Origin: Klebsormidium nitens
Taxonomy: Eukaryota > Plantae > Klebsormidiophyceae
Assembly (NCBI GenBank): GCA_000708835.1
Contig: DF237084.1
Location: forward strand, 115,697-179,696
DNA: 64,000 nucleotides
Direction: 5' to 3'
Shown here: piece by piece, positions 25,301 to 45,060 of the stretch
How positions within the stretch are numbered: position 1 is the first letter of the stretch
Layout: every line of letters starts with the position of its first letter
The notes under the pieces: model-generated
Databases searched by the model: none
What the model was told of the DNA's origin: nothing
What the model saw: the letters and a program-made list of their open reading frames with translations, nothing else
Made by a program: the position numbers and the translations under genes

Positions 25301-26979
25301 CGATCGAACGGCTAACGTAAGAACAAGTGGCTGCCGGTCGGTCCTGAAGTCATCCCGCGCCAAATCCCTCGGGCATCGCGCTCTGCTAGAACAGAAGTTG
25401 TATCTGTCAGATCCATTTCGCCGTTGGTTTCTTTCCTCCAAACAGGGACGCAATCGGAGGATGCCGGACTTCGGTAGGAAACGCTTTTTCAAATGTAGTT
25501 TCAGCGTAGTTTTCGGCCAGGCCCTTCTGCCTTACAGCTCACTGGCAAAGCTTTTCGCTAGAGACGTCTTCAAGAATCGATTGACATTGTCGACTTTTGC
25601 TACCTCTCCTGCTCCAATTCGTTCCTCCTTCCATCGGCTCTGAGTTCAAGTATCGTATTTGAGGTTACTCTTTAAACGGCGCTTTTCAAACATTTGAGGG
25701 CCAACTCATACGCTGGTTTTCATCAGATCAACAGATTAGTCCTACATGTACTCAAGCACAGCTTCGAAGTAGATTCAAATCATCTCCTTACTCAGTGCAA
25801 TTCTGCTCTTCTGATCCAGTTGCTGATCATCATCTTTTCTCGGCCTGCCTTCCCCTGGCCTCCTTTCCCCTCGTCTTTCCAAACCCTTTCCTGCCTTTCT
25901 GCCCCCAGAATTCCAAACGAAAAACACATCACAAATTTCGTCTTGACGCAGGCCGTCACCCGTAGCTTTGGCAACCTCTACGAGGTCCGTAACGCCGTCC
26001 GCGCAGCTCCTTCGGCGACCATTTCCCGCGGGATCGGCCGTTACGGGTCGCCCCGCACGGCCCTGCAGCGAAGAATCACAACGCGCAGTCTCGCCGACTG
26101 GTCTGACTTCCTAGAGGCCAGGGAGAACGCGCTCCGGCTCGCGCACGGCGCGCTCAAGCGGCCGCCCGCGGGCGCTCGCGCGCCGGGCGCGCCTGAGAAG
26201 AACCTTGAAAACGCGCCGAGCGCGCAGGCCGCGCGCGCACCTTTTCAGGAAGCCGTACACGAGACGGAGAGTGGGAAGTGGATGGAGACTGGAATCCTTG
26301 GTGGCGGCGACATGGCATCCCCCCAGGAAGGACACGTCAGCAAACCGGTGCAGGCAGGGGGCCCGAATTTTCTCGCGACCCTAGAGGGGAACGGGGGAAG
26401 GGAAGCAGGGTTTGAGGGTTTGGGCGCGGCCGCGGCAACGGGCACCATCTCCGCTCAAGAGAGCCCGGTGAACGGAATTGGAGGAACGGAGCGGAAGCGG
26501 AAGGGGTCGGCGTGGGCTTGTTGTTTTGGGAAGAATTTGGCGACCACTTCACTGGAGGTAAGCGAGTCTGGTCGCCCTGGAAAGCCGCGGTGAACACTGA
26601 CTTACGTTTCGGCTGCTATGCCACGTCCTTCAAGATTTTATCGACCGTGCCTTTACGTGCTAGCGTCACTTAGAAGATTAAGGAATCTCCATCGCCATCG
26701 ATGTTCACAGATGTGTCCGTCCCCTGTTTCCGTGATTGCTTGAATCTTATATATTGCTCGTACTGCGACTTGCTTCCGGTTACTAAGGAAGGTCATCAGT
26801 TCCCAGGTAACATCTGTCTTGGTCTTTTCGAGTGTGATTTTCACCAAGCAAAGCAGATAATCCTCTCGCGGGTCCCTGCTATATCGGAAAAAGCGCTTCA
26901 GTTTCTCCCGTGACTCAACGACTGTTTCCGTTTGCAGTTGAAACCGCATGAGGAAAGCAAAGCGGATGGTACTATCTAA
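22361..26979 (+). CDS. Hypothetical Ser/Pro-rich low-complexity protein, 909 aa; exons 22361-23045, 23582-24978, 25952-26557, 26938-26979
   Basis: Three long GC-rich ORFs are joined by GT-AG junctions in consistent phase (total 2730 nt). No domain recognised. Confidence 0.7.
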
Positions 26980-27173
26980 GCGCTCGAGGCCGCCGGGAGT
27001 AAGCAAAAAGTAGCAGCGGAAGAATGAAGAATAGACTCATACGTTTCAACCAGACGTTGATTCAATGGACAGATCCTACAGCAACCAAAACAGCCGCTTC
27101 CATGTAACGAGTCACTTCCATTGCATAGAAAAGCTTCCGTATAAACAGGCCCATTATAGAAACAATCCAAAGA

Positions 27174-27351
27174 ATACTGGCATCTCTAGATTGTTTTGAC
27201 TGCCATTTGTTTTGAGGTACAGGATGCTCGAGTAAAAATCATCACGCGCCCCGCACCCGCGCCCACCTTAACCAGCCTAAGCATCCAGCTAACCCCTCCC
27301 CTTCTCCGGGTGCTTATCTGTGTGTTATCTTAATCGAGAGTTACCTAGAGT
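27174..27351. mobile_element. Older degenerate MITE (element C) related to element B
   Basis: Left end ATACTGGCATCTCTAG is 12/16 identical to B's ATACCGGTAACTCTCG. Right end CGAGAGTTACCTAGAGT resembles B's CGAGAGTTATCGGAGT. It shares the core CGCACCC..CCCACCTTAACC. Imperfect flanks AATCCAAAG/AACCAAAAG. Confidence 0.65.
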
Positions 27352-28188
27352 AACCAAAAGGATTCTGAATCTTACCAGATGGTCTCTCATCTTTTCCGCA
27401 AATTCCCAAATAGCCCATAGGCTCTTGGTCGAATTATGGAGCCACGCAGATCACCTTTGGTCTCAGAAGCGTAGAAAAAGCATAAACTTTTGGTTGGATA
27501 CGAAAGAGCCTATACCAAATGTCTTCGTGCCACGTGTCCATCGCTTCGCGAGCCAGGCGTTGGCCGCACTCGATTACACAGACAATCCCAAAGCTAGGCG
27601 TGAAAGACCGTCGGTCTTCGCTTTGAGACATGAGTTTTGGCCATCCAATGAATAGTACAGCGGAATAGAAAGAGAGTGAACCTTATCAGTGGCTGATTAG
27701 CTCAACAATCGAGCATATCAGTATGAGCGGCAGCAACCGTTGGAATCAGCGAGTCTTATGTTGCATGCCTGAGTGGTTCTAACTTGAACGTCTACCAACG
27801 GCAATTGTACGGCCCACATGCGCATACTGCGCTTATAAAGTACCTGATGTCAAAGTCACCTTGTGCCGGTCTTTCTGGATCCGTTAGGAGCTCGTAGTAT
27901 GCAAAATAGTCTCCTACCTATTGAATAGAGGCTTCAGATTCGCTATCGGCCATTGCTTCGAAAAATGCTCGTCTCTTTCTTCAATGCACTAGCAAAGCCC
28001 GCAAAGTCTTGACGTATCCGCGTAACAAATCACGTCAGCGCTCCTGAGACATTCGCTCCCTCCCAACTAGTCCAAAAGACTGCGCCCCAAATATCTTACG
28101 AGCCAATCCGCTCCCTCAGGAACTATCTCTCCACTCCCTCAAAAAGTATCTCCTCAAAACCCAACCAACCATCTGTCCCCGGGCTCAG

Positions 28189-28248
28189 CCGACTATAGCT
28201 TATGCGGACCCGTAGGGTCCGACTATAGCTTACGCAGAGCCGTATGGC
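28189..28248 (-). repeat. 30-bp tandem duplication spanning last codons, stop and 3'UTR of the dirigent-like gene
   Basis: On the minus strand, G CCA TAC GGC TCT GCG TAA GCTATAGTCGG is followed by A CCC TAC GGG TCC GCA TAA GCTATAGTCGG. Confidence 0.9.
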
Positions 28249-31200
28249 AGGACGATGGTCGCCTGGTAGGTTCCTCCGGTCGCGTCGTGGAACTCGCGGA
28301 CCTGCCCGGTTGCTCCGAAATACTCGCCGTAGCCCCCGGTGATTGCGGCCAGCTCGGTCAGGCTGACGTCACCCTCGAACTCCTCCGCGAAGCCGACGGC
28401 CGTGAGAAGGTTGTCGCCCTCGAACTTGTAGATGATGTTGCACCCGTACACGGCCTGGAGAGGAGAAGTGGCTAGTCGATTGATCGCTCATGAACGCGTA
28501 TAGAGCAGGTCTGCGCTTGAATCTGAGAGTCAGGATACTGTTGTGAATCAGTTTCGTACCATTTGCACTTGAACGTCGACGTCTTCACGCTTTTGTTTGT
28601 GATTTGTGAGGTCGTGTGGGTTGGTTTCAATTCTTGTGCGCCCAGGAAAGGCGGGGCCTGTTCCGGGGCAGGCGCAGGGGCATGACGTCAGCAAGAGGGG
28701 AAAATGACGGCAGTAGGAGAAGGAGCAACAGGAGTGAACCCCACATTCAGAGCCGTTATTCAGACCGTCGCAAAAAACGTTCACCCCGCTCCGTCCACGT
28801 TTCATTTCAGCTGCGAATGTAAATATTTTGTGTACCCAAAACCGACTGCCAGCCAAACCACTTGTCTCCAGAGCTCTCAACAAGATTTCCGGTTCGGGCA
28901 TGAAAATATATCAAAACCGGTGACGATCAAGAACATCTGGGGCACAGAGCACGCAATATATCCACGCTTCCCACTGTTGCCGAAGGAACGCGTTTCCTGG
29001 GAGGGCTTAGCAGAGGCGCCAGCGCCAAAAGTTCGCTGGATCCTTGCTCGAGTATCTTAAACTCTGAAGAAGAAACCGAAGACCCCAATTGGGGGCACAG
29101 AAAATCTCTCACACAAACACGCAGCAACCATTGGGGTCCAAAGTTGCTGCGGCGGACTACATTCTTTCCTGGAACCCTTTTCCGTTAAAAGGGCCGAAGA
29201 TTCGAGTAGGCCGGGCGCACGGCAATCTTTCAGAGACCCGCAACAACCAACGGGGTTGAAAAGAGCGGGCTGAGGATCCTTTCCAGCAGATACGTACTCA
29301 TGTTCGTGAAATCAACACCTCTGCAGGTGTGCTTCGCAGTTGGGCCGTTCCTGCCCTCGGAATCAAATGGGAACCCTTTTCCGTTAGGGTCCTTACCGAT
29401 TCGCTGATGACCTCCGGGTCGGCGGAGGGGACTGACGTCAGCGAGCACCAACCGACAAGGGTCCCGATCTTCTTGGCGGTCGGGTCCGTGGACGGCTTGT
29501 CCAGCAGATCATCGTTGAAGTTGTCGATGTCACCCGGGGTGCCGAAAATCTGAGGGCGAAAAACGGGTTAGAGATCAGTGGTTTCAGAGATGCAGGGGGC
29601 AATTACCGTCAACCAAGCGGGGTTAGACCGCGGTTAAGAGTGGTTGAAGTTGTCGATGTCACCCGGGGTGCCGAAAATGAGACTCACAAGAGAGAGCGGT
29701 AAATGGGTCAAAGGTTAGGGCCGGGAAGAGGCAGGGGGAAAGAAGTGTCAATGAAGCGGGTTAGTTCCGCGGTTAGAAGCCCTTCTGCCAGGCGAAGCTG
29801 GTAAAAAGCTAATCAGTTGTTTAGACCGGATTCGGGTGAGAGCGAAAGCTCCCTATGAGAGGGCCAGAATATAACCGGGAAGAGAACAGGGGCCAAAGAC
29901 CAAGGGTGAGAAAGAAAGACTCGGCGGGTCGTCTCAAAGAGATCTGCTGATGCGAGAGACACTATCAGCTTAGGGGCTGACGACAGCCCGTTTCTCGACA
30001 CATCTTACGTCGGTTTCGTCGGTCTGCTACACTTCAAAATGAAGCCGTCTTACTCGTGCTCTCTTGTAAACAAAAAGGCTTGAAAGCGCCAGAATTACAA
30101 CGGCTTTCGAGCCCACTACGATCGACGGATGGCCCGGAATCCAGGCGCGAAGGGAAACTTCTCTGCTTGTTCTGGCTCTACTTATCCAGAAGAATCGTCG
30201 ACATGGGCTTCTTGGGGTCATTAGCACATGATTGCTTTCATAAAAGTCGAAACTGTGGGAACAGCAAACTAAAAAGCAAAAGGCGAATCTCCCAAACAAG
30301 AAAGCAGGGACACTCACGGGGTTGAGAGGGGGCTGGAATACGAAGAAGGGCTCCGGCGTGTGGCGTGCGCTGGGGATCTTGGAGTTCTTGGAGTAGAACA
30401 CGGTGCTGATGATCTTGGGGCCCATGCTGGGGGCTGCAGAAAGACAGAAACAGAGGGTTAGGCCGCGCAAAAACTTTGTTCCACAAACTTTGCTTCATAT
30501 AAACAACGGATTTTACTTGTTAGGATTAAGACCGTGGAACTTCAAAGTGGCTCTGCATCTGGATTTCGGATGGTGTGCACGATTGAGGATCTCGGACGGC
30601 TTAGAGTAGGCCTCTGAGTCACGCCACCCTCGTACCGCAGTCCTATAAGCGCGCTGACCTCTGTTTCGGTGCCCACTTCAGAAGACTTTTGGGAATCACA
30701 GTCGGAAGAAAAGGTGAGTGAGCTGCAGACTGCGGCAACATTTTCACCAGGACCCACTTCGAATCGTCCGTACATGACTAGTAGAGAAACTCTCAGATGT
30801 AACTTCTGGCAGTCAACGAGCGGATGCAAACCGTGCAATTTGAGCGGATTTGAAGGGAAGCGACTCACCAGGGATGTAGGCAGCCCCGGCAACCTCGTCA
30901 GACGTCCCGGTTGTGACGCACGAGACGTCACCACTGCCAGAGCATGACGTGGCGGGGGAGGGGCAGCAGAAGAGCGTCTGCACGAGAAGAACGAAGAGGG
31001 GCGGTTTAGACGCTTCTCAAATCATTTTGTGTGTTCTGATTGTGTTGAATGCTGCTTTTGTCTTTTAGTTTTATTCTTTGAAGCGGGTGAATGGCAATGA
31101 CTCGTAGATCGTAAATCCTAGAACCAAGATTTTTAGGCATTGGGTGCCTGACGCAAGGTGGGGAAAATCTCAATCAGGGCACAGCAATGGTTCATTCTTG

Positions 31201-32103
31201 AGTTCTATGCTGGAAACGAGCATGGGCGCAAAATGAAAACAGCTGATGCACATTATGACGAGCTACTTTGGTCATTGATTGCATCATTGCTGTGGTGATG
31301 AGTAGAAACCGGCGCTGCAGTATGATGGAACCACACGACCCGCTAAAAGAGGACTAGTGGCGCCTGAAGATCTGAGAACTGCCACCATATATCTTCCTCT
31401 TAAACTCCACCTTTGAAAACTGAAACGAGTTCAAGGGCTCTAAGTAAAAACCAACAGCAAGCTTGCCATTCCACACATAGTCATGAGAAAGCGAGCAGAC
31501 GGTACTTCAGCAAGAGAATAGCTTCATTAGTCCGACTAGTAATATACTGATTCTGGTCAGCCACATCGTGCAAGTGAAGTGAAGCAATGGCATTTCGAAA
31601 AAAAATCAACACAGGAAGACCAGCATTCTCCTTTGAAAGTATTCTCTCAAGCAACACTGCCTCTTGATGAAAGAAGCCAGGGCTCGAGACTACATCAAAG
31701 TTCAGACTTGCCAGTGTGAAAGCAGACAGAAAAGGGGGTGACAACAAGAACTGTGTTACCAGGGAGGAGCCTTGAAAGGAGCTCATCCCAACACCGCCTG
31801 ACAAGCAAAGACTGCGGACCAATGATCTGGCAAGTGCAATCTGATGCCCCTACACATAATTGACAGTTGACTCCCTCGCCACTAACTGGGTCTAGCTTAA
31901 ATCGCGAGAGCTCAACAAGTAACTGAATACTAAAGAGCAACGCAGGAGACAGGAAGATCAACCGGGCATCTCACTTGGGCTCCACTGGCAGGGCTGGTGT
32001 AGCAACCAGTGAACCCGGTAGGGCACCCCGGGCCCTGAGCAGCAACTAGGGCGAGAAGAGAGGCCGCCAGAACGGCGGCCAGAACGAGCGCAGAAGGCAC
32101 CAT
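28230..32103 (-). CDS. Secreted protein: signal peptide + 6-Cys module + dirigent/AOC-like beta-barrel; exons 32103-31975, 30977-30869, 30433-30318, 29549-29397, 28454-28230 (243 aa)
   Basis: Hydrophobic N-terminus MVPSALVLAAVLAASLLALVAA. Barrel motifs GDIDNFNDDLL...KKIGTLVGWC and AITGGYGEYFGATGQV. Five exons total 732 nt in consistent phase. Confidence 0.8.
29515..29790 (-). repeat. ~130-bp intronic tandem duplication containing an exact copy of the head of exon 29549-29397
   Basis: TTGAAGTTGTCGATGTCACCCGGGGTGCCGAAAAT occurs at ~29515 and ~29645. The adjoining intron parts (GCAGGGGG, AAGCGGG.TTAG..CCGCGGTTA) are also duplicated but diverged. Confidence 0.85.
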
Positions 32104-32887
32104 TTTTCGACACTGCTGTTGCGCTGGAGTTCTGGTTTGGCAATCTGGTTGGCAGGGCGTCCGTTGGGTTTGCTTAATGTAGTGGCTCCGAAGTGGAATG
32201 GGAAGTTTCCGAGACCAGCTTGGTTGATGAATGTAGAGCACTCGTGCAGGCACAGCATACAAAGATGAATAGCAAATACCGTAAGTGGTGGCAGGCAAGT
32301 TTATGCAGACTGAATGGAATCCAGAATATGGCCCGTGCGAACAGCGAACGCCCTGTGCAGCAAAAGCTAGAGTCCACGGCAGATCGAGATTTAATAGCAT
32401 ATGCTTGAACTGCGCGTGTTTGTTGTAGACTCGGAGCACCGTATCGGAAAACGAAAGTCGGAGAATCGAGACGGCGCGGCCAGTAACTTGAAGCATTCGC
32501 TTCAATGCTCTGGGCAAGGGTCGCCGTCGTGACTCTTGTCCCAGTGATTCAAGTGTTGCTAGCTCCGGTTCTAGGAAATCAATTTGCATTCATAACCTGC
32601 CCGTATAACCTGCAGCCCGCTCCCATAACGCGGCAACCCTATGGATTGGTTACCGTACCTGTTCGTGAATTCCAACCTCTGAAGGCGCCCGGTACCGGTA
32701 TCTATCTAAAATCTTATTGTCCATCTTAATTCGTGCAATTCACGACGTAGAGAGTCGAGACCGCAAGCTTGAGGAAGGAGCGGCCGGGGGCTCGGGGACC
32801 CTCCCCCGATTTTAGGGGTAAAAGAGAGGGCGGTGGCTCACGCCGGCTAGAAAGTCCTCTAAATGTCCTCGAACGAAATTCGAAATA

Positions 32888-33491
32888 CCTACGGCGTGCC
32901 CGGCCCTGCCGTAGCAAGTAGATTCTTGGGACTGTGGTCTCCTAAATTTCAATCCTGTACAGTGTATACGTTGATGGCCATTACCGGTAAGCATTTAGGG
33001 CTGATGACTGTGGTCTCCTAAATTTCAATCCTGTACAGTGTATACGTTGATGGCCGTTACCGGTAAGCATTTAGGGCTGATGACTATAAGAGAAGTATCC
33101 ATGACTCGCGAGTCGCAAGACTGAGCTCAGTGATGAGCACACCGTACTGGGCTTGTGCGTGTGCACACTACCAGTAAATAGGTATTCTGATCCGACCAAT
33201 AAACGATTCCGGCGCGCGACCCGAGCCGCCGAGAGAGCGGGCGGCACGTGTCACTCGTCGGACCGTACGCTTTTCAATTTCAAAGCAGGTGGGCGGCCGC
33301 CCGGCGCCGCCCCGAGCTTGGGGCGGCGCGGCCGGCGGGCGCACGCCGCACGCGGTACCTACTACGTCCGTGCATCCGTGTATGATACCGTATCAGATAC
33401 GCCGACGAATCGAACGATGCATACATACATATGATCACCAGCATGTGACTGGCCGAGGCTGGGAGGGTAGCCTAGTACGGGACGCCGTAGG
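32888..33491. mobile_element. Possible non-autonomous element bounded by short inverted repeats
   Basis: CCTACGGCGTGCCCG (32888) vs CGGGACGCCGTAGG (33478-33491). It contains a 76-bp tandem repeat and a 10-bp-stem GC hairpin (33304-33329). No clear target duplication. Confidence 0.35.
32930..33085. repeat. 76-bp tandem duplication, near-identical units
   Basis: GACTGTGGTCTCCTAAATTTCAATCC...TTTAGGGCTGAT starts at 32930 and 33006. One substitution seen (GGCCATT/GGCCGTT). Confidence 0.9.
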
Positions 33492-34244
33492 AACGCCGTA
33501 GCTGTTGTTCTCGAAACTTCACTGCTCTACGTTCCACTCCTCCAGGACGAGCAATATCCAGCGAGGGTCACAGAGAATATATAGAGAGTATATTAGTAGA
33601 GTACAGCTATATAGTTTGTGTCTGTCGTAGCTTGTTAGATGCTCGCTTGGACAAGTGGCAGGCTCGTTGCACGTAAGCTGAGTTGTCGTGTGGCTTCTTA
33701 TGAGAGCCTGGTGCATTTGAGATTTGATTCAAAGAGTTAGGCCCGTGAGCAAATTCCGATTAGGGATGTTGAAAGGCGACGCCTCCAAATCTTGCACATG
33801 TGGCCATACGGGGACAAGAAAGCAGCGAGAAGCGGCCCCCTTCCATACTCAGTGCTCTTCCAGCAGCAGCCCAAAGGGCCCCTTCCGAGCGCTCAGTCAA
33901 GAGCTGAAGAACTACTTACTTTACTTGTGTACTGCAAGACCACTGAAGCATCAACAACTGGCAGCGCAGCTGATTAAGCTGGAGCAATCACAGTTGACAG
34001 CTTAGTTAGTTAAGCAACCACTCAGTATGTGCTGATCTGGCCCCTTCCCTGAAATTTGGAGAGATAATTAGTGTTTCTTCCTAGGCTCAAGTGAGGGGCG
34101 GTTCTTTGAGACCTCTCTTCTAACTGCCCTCCGATCCCGCTTGGATATAGGGGGGTCGATGTCTATTTCCCAAGCTACCACTCGTAAACTAAGTCAATCC
34201 TTTTTGCTTTGGCTGTCGACGTCCGCAGTCCGTCATTTTCCGTC

Positions 34245-43602
<9,358 letters not shown>

Positions 43603-45060
43603 CGTCTCATTCAGCTCAAAGTCCTGAGCAGATTGCTAGCTCCCACAGTAGACCTAGCTTCGATCTCTGACTTTCTCGAGCTGCTTGTAGAGCTCCAGAT
43701 TCCCACTCAAGATTATTTTGTCATAACCCATGTACATCCAAGTATAGACGAGGAGCGAGCTATGCTAAGCAATCATGTGGGCAAAAGCGCCGTGCCACTG
43801 TACCAAGGAAGAGCTAGCAAAGGAAAAGGCAAAAGTTAAAGCTCCGCCAGCTTCTCTTGAGCTAGCCAGCTCTCACGACTAACAGTGTCGCTGCGGAAAT
43901 GTGCAGAAGATCCGTCCGCCGTGTTGCAAAACATGGGGCCTCAAGTCAGTGCTCCCAGGGAGACTTGCTTACAAGGACAATCTCGATACTATACATGAAA
44001 GTAAGACACCATTGGCATTGAGCGCGCTTCCTTGGATAGCGCCTATCCTCTCCCTATTACTATTAGTATTCCCCTGGCAGCTCGCTAAGTTCAAGATTAG
44101 GGTTCCACCTTCCCTGAGCGCGCCACACTTTCGGAGGCGGCCGCGCGACGCACTGCCAAACCCCTGCGAGGTTCCCGAGGTTTCATCAACGGTCTGCCGA
44201 CCGGCCGGCCGCGCCCGTCGCCTTTGAGAAGCTGCCACGCTGAAATGCCACCTGATCAAATGGGAGATTGCCGTGTTGTGATTTGAGAATGGGACGGGAA
44301 CACGCTCTGCACAGGAGCTTCTCGTACACCCTGCGTTGTGTGTGACTTGGATGGAGGGCCTCTTTTTGCCGACTTGCGAAAGTCCCCCAGGGAAGTGCCT
44401 GAGGAGGCGGCGCAGAGACAGACAATCAACTAATTGATCACATGTCGAATGTGCTGTCTTTGGTGGTGCCAAGAGACTTCAGAAGGACAAGTAAGCTCTG
44501 TCTCATTAATCTATCGTCCCCGTGTCATTAATTGCAAAATATGTGCCTCCTGCTTCTGTGGCGAACGCATTTCAATCCTGAAGTAGGGGATCGTCCAGTC
44601 AGCGCCTGTCAATTCTGGACTGTTGACAGGAATTGTGGCCTTTGATGTGATGGAGACTTATGAGTCCATATAATGCAGGAGCAAAGAGCATCCAAAACGC
44701 CGTTCGCAGATGATTTGTGAAGACAGAGGCTCAGCATGTTCGCTGTGCACGTTCCAACCTAGCCTGCAGTCAGTGACATGTTTAGATCCCAGAGGATGCT
44801 CAGCTATCAACAATTTTAAACAGTCTCGTCTAATGCTGTTGCTGAGGAAGGGAATTGATGTGACCTTTCTGCTTAGATATCCCTTTCTCCAGCTCCTCTT
44901 GCAGGTAGCATCCCCTGACGCATACAAATGATGCTTCTTCAAGTGCCAGACGCCCTCACCAAGAAACCCCTTTGACCGGCCACCGGAACCCCTCTGGTTA
45001 AGAAAACCCTTCCAGTCTGGCAAACCTGAAGACCCCTGAAGGATTCCTGACACTGCAAGC

